64,000 bases of DNA from Candidatus Ozemobacteraceae bacterium (GTDB lineage Bacteria > Muiribacteriota > Ozemobacteria > Ozemobacterales > Ozemobacteraceae), in assembly GCA_965140445.1 (NCBI GenBank), contig OZ223236.1:704001-768000 (forward strand), written 5' to 3'. Under the pieces are notes generated by a model. That model saw only the letters and a program-made list of their open reading frames with translations, was not told the origin of the DNA and searched no databases. Positions within the stretch are counted from its first letter, which is position 1. Each line of letters opens with the position of its first letter. Of the stretch, positions 1 through 8,225 are shown piece after piece. The translations under genes were made by a program, and so were the position numbers.

Positions 1-41
1 TGTAATATAAAAGAAAGCAGATTTTTCCAAGGAGGTTTTGT

Positions 42-335
42 ATGCCTGGATTTGATGGAACAGGGCCAAATGGCTCAGGACCTTTAGGTTGTGGACTTGG
101 ACGTGGACGAGGAGCTGGCGCTGGAAGAGGTTTTGGTCGGCGAGTAGGCAATTTTAACTTGCCTTTAAGAAGAAATTCTCAGCAGGAACAAAATCCAGAT
201 CTTTCAGAAGCCATAGAAAACGAGGCTCAAAGTTCAGAATTGAGTTTAAAAGAAGATAACAAAAAGCTGGAACAACGAATTGCTCTCCTTGAGACAGAGC
301 TTGTTTCACTAAAGAAACAGCTCGGGGAAGAGTAG
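42..335 (+). CDS. DUF5320-like small Gly/Arg-rich protein with C-terminal coiled coil
   Basis: N-terminus MPGFDGTGPxGxGP, GRG repeats, coiled-coil tail (LKEDNKKLEQRIALLE); strong SD AAGGAGG upstream. Confidence 0.75.
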   Translation: MPGFDGTGPNGSGPLGCGLGRGRGAGAGRGFGRRVGNFNLPLRRNSQQEQNPDLSEAIENEAQSSELSLKEDNKKLEQRIALLETELVSLKKQLGEE

Positions 336-341
336 AGTCAT

Positions 342-397
342 AGCTGCTGGCAAAACCGATTTTTTAATTAAAAGTTTGTTTTGCAAGCAGCTTTTTT
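342..397 (+). terminator. Imperfect stem-loop with U-tract after the DUF5320-like gene
   Basis: AGCTGCTGGCAAAAC...GTTTTGCAAGCAGCT followed by TTTTT. Confidence 0.5.
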
Positions 398-412
398 ACT
401 GAAAGCTTAATT

Positions 413-820
413 ATGGAAAATACAGCATTGGTTAAATCACATGATTTTTGTTTGATGTGCGGGGAGAAGAACCCCATTTCAATGAAACTTCGCTTCAAAA
501 AGGATGAATCTGGAAAAGTTTATGCCGATTTTAAAGGGCATTTTGGGCTTCAGGGATATACCTCAATTATGCATGGCGGAGTTATTTGCTCATTGCTGGA
601 TGCGGCGATGACAAATTGTCTTTTCGCACACGGAATTGAAGCGGTAACCGGAGAGCTGAAGGTTCGGTTTTTGTCATCAATTCCTTTTGATGCAACATTA
701 AAACTTGTTGCTGAAATTTCAAAAAATATGAATCCTCTGTTTGTTTTAAATTCAGCCATTTTCTCAAACGATCAAAAGATGGCTGAAGCCGAAGCAAAAT
801 TTATGAGAAAATCGCAATGA
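413..820 (+). CDS. PaaI family (hotdog-fold) thioesterase
   Basis: CxxCG..NP N-terminus, QGY..IMHGGVICSLLDAAM motif, VTGELKVRFL. Confidence 0.85.
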   Translation: MENTALVKSHDFCLMCGEKNPISMKLRFKKDESGKVYADFKGHFGLQGYTSIMHGGVICSLLDAAMTNCLFAHGIEAVTGELKVRFLSSIPFDATLKLVAEISKNMNPLFVLNSAIFSNDQKMAEAEAKFMRKSQ

Positions 821-1064
821 TCATTAACCTATAGGCATTTGGGGCTGATAAAAGATAATTTTAAACACCAATGTTTAGAACTTTTATAGATTGAAATCTT
901 GTATCTCTATAAAAAAAGTAAAATTTGTCCATATATAAATTTTGTAACGCAGCAAAACGAATGGGCTTGTTTATCGAAACATAAAGCTTATTGAAATTGT
1001 ACCTACATTTAAATTTTTTTTTGCCGTACAGTATATAGTAATGAGAAATATGGGGGGAAATTTT

Positions 1065-1721
1065 ATGCGATCTAAAATCTGTTTAATGTTTTTTGCTTTT
1101 GTTTTGTTGTTTGCCAGTTCAGCATCAGCAGTAGAGTTTTATGAAAAAGAATTTTTTCATCAGCTACCGGTTGGAACTCCAGCGCAGAGTTGGGAACACA
1201 AAATTGATCTAACCGATGAAATGATGTACAAGGATCAGAATTTTGTCGCCAGAGAATTGGATTTGCGTGAAGGAAAGCTTGTTGTAGAACATGAAGAGCT
1301 TACTTCCATGTATTACTACATTAAAGTAAGACTGCCAAAACACGTAGATATGCCAATGGCTGGAAAGATAAAAATCAAGTTAACCGTTGCAGACAATCCA
1401 TCTTGTCCTTTTCCACCGGCAGCTCCAACTGGCCTTGCTCTCTCAGAAGTAGGAGCAACATTAAAACCAATTTTTACCTGGAAAACTGAGGAAAAATACG
1501 CTGCCATTACTCTATACGATGTGACCGAACAGAAAACCGTATGGGAAAGAATTTCTACAACTCAGGGCTATAAAGCTTTTGATGATGGATTTTTGAAAAA
1601 AGATCATCACTACAAATGGGCTGTTAAAGTAAGTAATAAATTTGCAGCATACTCAAAAGAAGCTATGGCCGGTTTCAGAATTGAAGAAGTAGATGGAATT
1701 GTTGTTGCCATTCCTGAATAG
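1065..1721 (+). CDS. Hypothetical secreted protein, possible C-terminal Fn3-like beta domain
   Basis: Signal peptide (MRSKICLMFFAFVLLFASSASA); PPAAPTGL, PIFTW and YKWAVKV resemble Fn3 patterns. The ORF track starts at 1041, but ATG 1065 follows a G-rich SD. Confidence 0.6.
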   Translation: MRSKICLMFFAFVLLFASSASAVEFYEKEFFHQLPVGTPAQSWEHKIDLTDEMMYKDQNFVARELDLREGKLVVEHEELTSMYYYIKVRLPKHVDMPMAGKIKIKLTVADNPSCPFPPAAPTGLALSEVGATLKPIFTWKTEEKYAAITLYDVTEQKTVWERISTTQGYKAFDDGFLKKDHHYKWAVKVSNKFAAYSKEAMAGFRIEEVDGIVVAIPE

Positions 1722-1729
1722 AAGTAATT

Positions 1730-1777
1730 AAAAAAAGCCCTGGATTCTTTTTAAGATCCAGGGCTTTTTCTTTTTTA
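1730..1777. terminator. Bidirectional intrinsic terminator between convergent genes
   Basis: AAAAAGCCCTGGAT...ATCCAGGGCTTTTT with A/T tracts on both sides. Confidence 0.85.
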
Positions 1778-1806
1778 GGTTTTTGATGAAAAGTAAGATT
1801 TACAAA

Positions 1807-2475
1807 TTAGTTTTGTGAACGGTTTTGCGGAGGTTTATTTAAAACGAAAACTAAAATGTAATAAAGAAAGGGGATTATCAAGATGATAGGGGAGAATAGA
1901 ATAAGGTCTACAACATCATCAGGAGTAAACAAGGGGCGATGTTTTTCAATCTGATCTTTGCATTTCTCATAAGAAGGCGAATCGAATGCGATGCCATGGT
2001 GTTTACAAAAAATAACTCCCCCGCTTGCCAGATCACCCAGTGAGGAATACTTACATTCCTTATAGACTTTTCTTCTTCTAATTTTTTGAACCGTTTTGAT
2101 TGGCGACTTTGGATTGAAAACAAAATTATCGTCTATCCATCTTACGTTGATTTCTTTCTCGCTTTTTAGGAGTTTTATAGCTTCTTCTATGCGGCGTAAC
2201 TTTCTGTGGCAATCTTGAAATCGATCTTCAGGGCGAATTCCTTGAATAAACTCCCATCTAACTCTGAATCCTTCCAAAATTCTTTCATAGGAAAACTGGT
2301 CATGTTCTCTGAAATACTGCGGATACAAAACGTCTTCGCTTAGATCTGCGGTTGATGTAGAAACTTTCAAATATGGCTGTATTTTGAACGCCTTTTGTTT
2401 TGGCTGTGAGTAAGCACAATTCAAAATGGCCGTAAAAAATACTAGTAGAATAAATATTGGAGAGCTTTTTTGCAT
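1807..2475 (-). CDS. Hypothetical exported, C-terminally anchored protein with Cys/His motif
   Basis: N-terminal signal peptide, C-terminal TM helix, internal DC...CKY...IFCKHHG. Confidence 0.6.
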   Translation of the reverse strand: MQKSSPIFILLVFFTAILNCAYSQPKQKAFKIQPYLKVSTSTADLSEDVLYPQYFREHDQFSYERILEGFRVRWEFIQGIRPEDRFQDCHRKLRRIEEAIKLLKSEKEINVRWIDDNFVFNPKSPIKTVQKIRRRKVYKECKYSSLGDLASGGVIFCKHHGIAFDSPSYEKCKDQIEKHRPLFTPDDVVDLILFSPIILIIPFLYYILVFVLNKPPQNRSQN

Positions 2476-2560
2476 TGATATTGTTAAATAGAAAATTGAG
2501 TTTAAATGATGATAACATAGGTTTTGATTCCAGGGCTTACTTCAATAAAGGTGCCTTAAA

Positions 2561-4081
2561 TCAAACCAGTCTGCTGGCATCTATAATAATAGCAATAGAG
2601 CCATCGCCCATTATTGTTGCTCCAGAGAATTCTGGGACATTTTTATAAGTTTTTCCAAGTGATTTAATTACTGTTTTGTGCTCACCAATTACGGTGTCAA
2701 CAACAAAGCCAATTTGCTGTCCTTTAACTCTTGAAATAACGATTTGCTCAATTTTTGGAGCTTCTCCTTCTATTTTGAAAGATTCCCTTAAGCGTATGTA
2801 AGGAACAAGATGTCCACGAACATTTGCCAGGTTTCCTCCTGTTGTTGAGTTGTTAGATTCCTCGCTTTTGAGCTCTATGCATTCTTCAACTACAGATAAA
2901 GGTAGAACAAAAGTTCTATCGTTTATAGCAACTAAAAGCCCGTCTATAATTGCTAATGTTAATGGGAGAGTGATATCTATTTGAGTTCCTTGCCCTTCTG
3001 TGGAGAAGACCTCAACTGTTCCACGAAGATCATCGATCGTTCGTCGGACAACATCCATCCCAACGCCTCTTCCAGAAACGTTTGTAACAACTTCTGCGGT
3101 CGAGAAGCCAGGGGCAAAAATTAGGCCAAAAACCTCTTTATCTGAAAGTTGAGCTTCCGGTTCTACAAGACCTTTTTCTATTGCTCGGTTGAGTATAGCT
3201 TCTCGTTTAAGTCCTTTTCCATCGTCGCGCACGTGAATAACAACATTACCAGAGACATGTTCGGCTGAAAGGTGGATTGTGCCTTTAGCTGGTTTCCCCA
3301 CGGCTTTTCTGGCTTCTGGAGTTTCTATTCCGTGGTCAGCACAATTTCTAATCATATGCATAAGTGGTTCATCTAGCTTGTCAATTACAGTTTTATCAAT
3401 TTCTGTTTCTGTGCCACTCATGGTTAAATCAATTTCTTTGTTTAAATCCGAAGATAAATCATGCACCAGTCTTTTAAACTTATTAAAAGTAGACTCAATT
3501 GGGAGCATTCTTATGCTCAAGGCATTGTCTCTGAGGCTATTGGTAAGCATACTGATTTCTTCAGAAATTCCCTCAAGGTCAAACTCTTGTAAGACTTTAC
3601 CTATTTCTGTTTCTTCAGTTTTTCTAATTACACCAGAAGCTTGTGATAAGCGCTCCTGAACTGTAACTAACTCGCCAATAAGATTGAATAAACTATCTAG
3701 CTTTGCAGAACTTACCCTGATGTTTGATACTTTCTCAGCTCGAATTTTTCTGTCTATTTTTTCTTTTTGTTTCTTTTGCTCATCAAGGGCAGCATTAACC
3801 TTATCCTTTGTGGTTAAACCAGATTGAACAAGGCGTTCGCCAATTTTCTTTTGATCTTTGAGGACTTTGTTTAAGTCGTCTTTGCTTAAATCGCCTTTTT
3901 TTACGAGGATCTCGCCCAGTTTTTCTGGCTCTTCGGGCTCTAATTCAGAGGCGGATTTTGGTTTATTCAAATCTGAAATTTTGATTTTGGCTTCATCGCC
4001 AACTATAAGTGCTATAAGTTCTTTAATCTCTTGTTCTGGAAGATCTGAATTGAAAGTTATTTTCAGGCTGCTATTGCTCAT
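2561..4081 (-). CDS. cheA: CheA C-terminal part (half of P2, MshEN-like repeats, P3 dimerisation, P4 kinase, P5 CheW-like); no Hpt
   Basis: IRVSSAKLDSLFNLIGELV; N box PLMHMIRNCADHG; G1 DDGKG; F/G2 IFAPGFST..SGRGVGMDVV; LPLTLAII; GATIMGDG. Confidence 0.9.
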   Translation of the reverse strand: MSNSSLKITFNSDLPEQEIKELIALIVGDEAKIKISDLNKPKSASELEPEEPEKLGEILVKKGDLSKDDLNKVLKDQKKIGERLVQSGLTTKDKVNAALDEQKKQKEKIDRKIRAEKVSNIRVSSAKLDSLFNLIGELVTVQERLSQASGVIRKTEETEIGKVLQEFDLEGISEEISMLTNSLRDNALSIRMLPIESTFNKFKRLVHDLSSDLNKEIDLTMSGTETEIDKTVIDKLDEPLMHMIRNCADHGIETPEARKAVGKPAKGTIHLSAEHVSGNVVIHVRDDGKGLKREAILNRAIEKGLVEPEAQLSDKEVFGLIFAPGFSTAEVVTNVSGRGVGMDVVRRTIDDLRGTVEVFSTEGQGTQIDITLPLTLAIIDGLLVAINDRTFVLPLSVVEECIELKSEESNNSTTGGNLANVRGHLVPYIRLRESFKIEGEAPKIEQIVISRVKGQQIGFVVDTVIGEHKTVIKSLGKTYKNVPEFSGATIMGDGSIAIIIDASRLV

Positions 4082-5085
4082 TTAGTGGTTTCTCCTTTGT
4101 CGAAGAAACTCTTCAAAATTTCTTGAGTTTCGGTGTCTTGACCATTTTCTTGAGAGTCTACTACTTTTCCAAGACGGTCTAAAAGATTTAATAATCTTAA
4201 TTTTGCATGGGATGTAATTGCTTCTCCACCATCAGTTGAAATTTCAATTTCATAGCGATTTTTTGGAGGAAGAGAGACTTCAGAAACCTTAACTTTATCT
4301 AAAACAGAATTCATTCTAGCTCTTAATTCTAATGGTCGTTGCAGAGCAAGCATTAGTTCCGCAGGGTCGATGTCCATATTTTCATCCATGGGTTTATCTT
4401 CCAGCATATTTTTTGCCTCAGAAAAAACTTCCTTCGCCAGTGGAGCTATTTCATCTGGAAGGGACTCTTTGTTGGTTCTTGCTTGTCGAAAGGTTGTCTC
4501 AAATTCGGATAAAAATTCTGCAACACTTTCTTTGTTAATTTTTAAAGACATAAAGTATAAAAGCGAAACAGAATGACTAATTTTGTCCAGTAAATCTGGT
4601 TGCTTTGGGTTTTTTTTGAGCTTTTCTAATAGGCTGGTCAGTTCGCTGGTTAATTCAATAGCTCTTTGATTATTGTTTTCTTTACTTTGCTCATCTTCTA
4701 TTGTTGCAGCTATTCTACCTTTTTGGAACTTTTCGATTAAATCATTGGTTTCTGCTGGGTCAACTGGATTTTCTCCACAATAAGCGTCGATTAGCTTAAG
4801 AATGTGGTCATGGGCCTTAAGAGACAGCTGAATCATTTCTTCATTCATTATTGCCTGCCCTTGCCTGAAGAAATCACATTCACTCTCAATCTTGTGGGCA
4901 AAACTTGCTACATCATCAAGTTCCATCATAGCTGCTGAGCCTTTAATGGTATGCATAACTCTAAACACTCGGTTTATCTCGTTTATGTCGTCTGGATTAT
5001 TACCGAGGCAAAGTAAGGCCTGCTCCAATTCGGATAGAGACTCTAAGGCTCCTTCTCGAAAAACTTCAGCAGTATTTGTATCCAT
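4078..5085 (-). CDS. CheA N-terminal part: Hpt (P1), second degenerate Hpt-like bundle, first half of P2
   Basis: VFRVMHTIKGSA phospho-His motif; ATGA overlap with the downstream CheA kinase ORF. Confidence 0.85.
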   Translation of the reverse strand: MDTNTAEVFREGALESLSELEQALLCLGNNPDDINEINRVFRVMHTIKGSAAMMELDDVASFAHKIESECDFFRQGQAIMNEEMIQLSLKAHDHILKLIDAYCGENPVDPAETNDLIEKFQKGRIAATIEDEQSKENNNQRAIELTSELTSLLEKLKKNPKQPDLLDKISHSVSLLYFMSLKINKESVAEFLSEFETTFRQARTNKESLPDEIAPLAKEVFSEAKNMLEDKPMDENMDIDPAELMLALQRPLELRARMNSVLDKVKVSEVSLPPKNRYEIEISTDGGEAITSHAKLRLLNLLDRLGKVVDSQENGQDTETQEILKSFFDKGETTK

Positions 5086-5111
5086 TTTCGGCTCCTTCTA
5101 AATTAACCCAA

Positions 5112-5693
5112 TTAATCAAATAAAGTTATTTCGCTATCTGGCATATTCTCAACAACCTTTTGCCGTCGGATTGCATCTTCCTGCGAAATAGTTAGTTTTT
5201 TCTCACTTGGTTTTGTTTTCTTTACAAAAACATCAAAAGTATCAGTATGGAAATATAAAACCCTTGTAAAAGGACCGCCAAAGTCATGTGCCAGCAGAGG
5301 AATGTTTTCCATTTTCAAATAATCCATCATAAATTCTACATTTCTTTTGCCCGGTGTGTCTTCTTTACTAACGGTTGTTAAAACATTTCCTCCACCAAAT
5401 GCCTTTGCCTGAAGACGGTGTCGTTTTGCTCCAAGCTTGCACATTTCATTAATAAGGATTTCCATTGCATGAATACCATACCTGGCATTAGCATCAAATT
5501 TTTGCATATCTGCATGACTGGAAAGTAAAATGTGGTTCATTCCACCTACTTTAGCTTCCGCATCAAATAGGCAAGCGGAAACGCATGATCCTAGAAGGGT
5601 CTTTAAAATTTCCCCGGTTTTTGAGGCGTATATTTGCCCAATGTTTATATGTACGGAATTATTTTCAGAAGTGCTTTTTACTGTTGCTAACAT
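5112..5693 (-). CDS. cheD: Chemoreceptor glutamine deamidase CheD
   Basis: [37 protein letters not shown]. Confidence 0.92.
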   Translation of the reverse strand: MLATVKSTSENNSVHINIGQIYASKTGEILKTLLGSCVSACLFDAEAKVGGMNHILLSSHADMQKFDANARYGIHAMEILINEMCKLGAKRHRLQAKAFGGGNVLTTVSKEDTPGKRNVEFMMDYLKMENIPLLAHDFGGPFTRVLYFHTDTFDVFVKKTKPSEKKLTISQEDAIRRQKVVENMPDSEITLFD

Positions 5694-6751
5694 AAATGTA
5701 AAACCTCTCTGGCTATGCGATCCAGGGGAACTACTTTGTCAGCTCCACCACGTTTGATAGCCTCATTTGGCATTCCAAATACTACCGACGTTGCTTCATC
5801 TTGGGCAATAGTAGAAGCTCCAGCCTGTTTCATCTCTAATAAGCCTCTTGCTCCATCATCACCCATTCCGGTCATAATTACTCCAACGGCATTTCTCCCA
5901 GCATATCTAGCTGCTGATCTGAATAGGACATCGACAGATGGTCTATGGCGCGATACCAGCGGTCCATCACGTATTTCAACGAAGTATCTCGCACCACTTG
6001 ATTTAACAAGAAGGTGGTGATTTCCAGGAGCAATTAAGGCTTGTCCTCGTAGGAGAGTGTCGCCATTTTCTGCTTCCTTAACATTAATCTGACAAATTTC
6101 ATTGAGCCTTGCTGCAAATGAGGCGGTAAATTTTTCTGGCATATGTTGAACAATTACTATTGCAGGACTGTCTATTGGAAACCCCTCAAGAAAAACTCTT
6201 AAAGCTTCTGTTCCACCGGTAGAAGCACCAACAGCTACAATCTTTTCTGTGGTTTTAAATGAGGCAACCTTCGTTTTTGCAAGAATTACATCAGCCGAAT
6301 TTTTGGCTCTGATTTTTCTTTCGCTTGGTTTTACTACTTTGGCTCGTGCTGCTGCTTTTACGATATCACAAATTCTTACTTTTGACTCTTCAAAGAATTG
6401 TCTTGTGCCAATTTGTGGCTTAGTGATCACCTCAATAGCTCCTAACTCAAGAGCTCTTAAAGAAGTTTCGCATCCATTTTCAACTAAAGTTGAACAAATA
6501 ATCACAGGAATTGGATGCTGATTCATAATTTTTTGAAGGAATGTAAGCCCGTTCATCTTCGGCATTTCAATATCAAGAATAATTACATCGGGCTTTTCCT
6601 CAGACATTTTTTCTGCAGCAATAAACGGATTTGAAGCTGTTCCCATAACAGAAATTTCCGGATCGTCGCTTAAAAGATCCGTGAGAACTTGTCTGACTAC
6701 TGCCGAATCATCGACTATCAGAACGCGTATGGGTGCTTCATTGTTGAACAT
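5687..6751 (-). CDS. cheB: Chemotaxis response-regulator methylesterase CheB
   Basis: REC domain plus [28 protein letters not shown]. Confidence 0.96.
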   Translation of the reverse strand: MFNNEAPIRVLIVDDSAVVRQVLTDLLSDDPEISVMGTASNPFIAAEKMSEEKPDVIILDIEMPKMNGLTFLQKIMNQHPIPVIICSTLVENGCETSLRALELGAIEVITKPQIGTRQFFEESKVRICDIVKAAARAKVVKPSERKIRAKNSADVILAKTKVASFKTTEKIVAVGASTGGTEALRVFLEGFPIDSPAIVIVQHMPEKFTASFAARLNEICQINVKEAENGDTLLRGQALIAPGNHHLLVKSSGARYFVEIRDGPLVSRHRPSVDVLFRSAARYAGRNAVGVIMTGMGDDGARGLLEMKQAGASTIAQDEATSVVFGMPNEAIKRGGADKVVPLDRIAREVLHLC

Positions 6752-6760
6752 ATTTTAAAC

Positions 6761-7633
6761 CTATATTTTCCTGTAAACCATTGGTGCAACACTTTCAAAA
6801 GGTAGCTTCATCCAGGTTAGTGCCTCTGAGTGTCCCAGAAAAAGATATCCACCATATTCCAGACTATTGTAAAATTTGTGAATTAGTTCTTCCTGGGTTG
6901 GTCTATCAAAATAAATGATTACATTTCTACAAAAAATAACATGGAACTTTCTGCTTGGATTTGCCTCTAATTCCATAAAATTCAAACGTTCGAATGAAAT
7001 TTTGCTGCGAATTTCCGGTACAAATCTCACTCTTGAATCTGCAGGATTCTTACTTTTCATAAGATATTTTTTCTTGAGATCAAATGGAATTGGGGCGGTT
7101 TTTGAATCCGAATAGATGGCCATTGCTGCTGCTTTTAAAACTCTAGTCGAAATATCTGTAGCAAGGATTGAAAATCTGAATGCCCGGTTTATCTCACCAT
7201 ATTCGGACAAAACCATAGCCATAGTGTGAGGCTCTTCTCCTGTTGAACACCCAGCGCTCCAAATTTTCAGTGGGTTATTTGGAAGGCCAAAACCAAGTTT
7301 TTCCAGATTAGGCAAAGCCGTTTTTACAAGGTAATCAAAATGCTCTGCTTCCCTGAAAAAATCAGTTTTGTTTGTTGATACGAGATCAATCATTTCAATA
7401 GTTTCTTTTGCTTGCCCTTCTTTGCTGAAGAGATATTTGCAGTAGTCTTTAAATGATTTCAACCCAAGTTGGTTTAGGCGCTTTCTTAAGCGCCCCTCCA
7501 ACATGAGTTTTTTCCCTTCAGGCAACTTAATCCCACAGAATTCTGTGACAAATCGGCTTAGCTGATTGAAGTCGTCATTTGTCATTTTTTGTGATTCTGT
7601 AGCTGAAATTAATTCCTGATCATTATTCAACAT
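6761..7633 (-). CDS. cheR: Chemotaxis methyltransferase CheR
   Basis: TNKTDFFRE, IWSAGCSTGEEP, ATDIS, IFCRNVIIYFD, LGHSE. Confidence 0.96.
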   Translation of the reverse strand: MLNNDQELISATESQKMTNDDFNQLSRFVTEFCGIKLPEGKKLMLEGRLRKRLNQLGLKSFKDYCKYLFSKEGQAKETIEMIDLVSTNKTDFFREAEHFDYLVKTALPNLEKLGFGLPNNPLKIWSAGCSTGEEPHTMAMVLSEYGEINRAFRFSILATDISTRVLKAAAMAIYSDSKTAPIPFDLKKKYLMKSKNPADSRVRFVPEIRSKISFERLNFMELEANPSRKFHVIFCRNVIIYFDRPTQEELIHKFYNSLEYGGYLFLGHSEALTWMKLPFESVAPMVYRKI

Positions 7634-7635
7634 TT

Positions 7636-8166
7636 CTATTCCTCGTAATTATCGGGCTCAAGCAGTTCTGATCCATTCGAAGCTGCTTCCTTTACCATGA
7701 GAATTTCTTTGTTGGAAAAAACCTTATCAATATCAAGAATCATTAAAAAATTTTCTCCAATTTTTCCCATTCCTTTTAGGAATTCTACTTTCAATCTGGA
7801 CCCCATTTTTGGAGGAGGTTCTATTTGAGAAGGATCGAGCTCAATAACTTCCTGTACTGAATCAGCCAATGCGCCAATTGTTGTGAGTTCATTTTCCAAT
7901 AGAGCTTCTACCACAACAATACATGTGTTAACAGATTTTTCAGTTTTTGACATTCCGAATTTAAGTCTCATGTCAACAACGGGTACTACGCTTCCTCTAA
8001 GGTTTATGACCCCTCTCATGAATTCTGGTGTTCTGGGAACCTTAGTTATTGGGGGAAAGTCCAGAATTTCTCTAACTCTTGCCACGTCAACGGCGTAAAC
8101 CTCTTGAGCTAGTTTAAAAGCTAGATACTGAGTAGTATTAGAGCTTTTTGCATTTTCATTTGACAT
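7636..8166 (-). CDS. cheW: CheW coupling protein
   Basis: QYLAFKL, ITKVP, GVINLRGSVVPVVD, ADSVQEV. Confidence 0.95.
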   Translation of the reverse strand: MSNENAKSSNTTQYLAFKLAQEVYAVDVARVREILDFPPITKVPRTPEFMRGVINLRGSVVPVVDMRLKFGMSKTEKSVNTCIVVVEALLENELTTIGALADSVQEVIELDPSQIEPPPKMGSRLKVEFLKGMGKIGENFLMILDIDKVFSNKEILMVKEAASNGSELLEPDNYEE

Positions 8167-8190
8167 AAATTTCTCCTGAAATAGGTCAGA

Positions 8191-8220
8191 TAGCTGAGCC
8201 GAGATTACCCGGCTCAGCTA
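8191..8220 (-). other. Strong hairpin without U-tract between MCP and cheW (possible mRNA 3' stabiliser)
   Basis: TAGCTGAGCCG-N8-CGGCTCAGCTA, perfect 11-bp stem, no poly-U in the sense direction. Confidence 0.55.
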
Positions 8221-8225
8221 AGAGA

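Noticed and set aside
4078..4100. Programmed -1 frameshift fusing the split CheA
   Set aside because: No slippery heptamer, and the -1 frame has TAA immediately before the ATG
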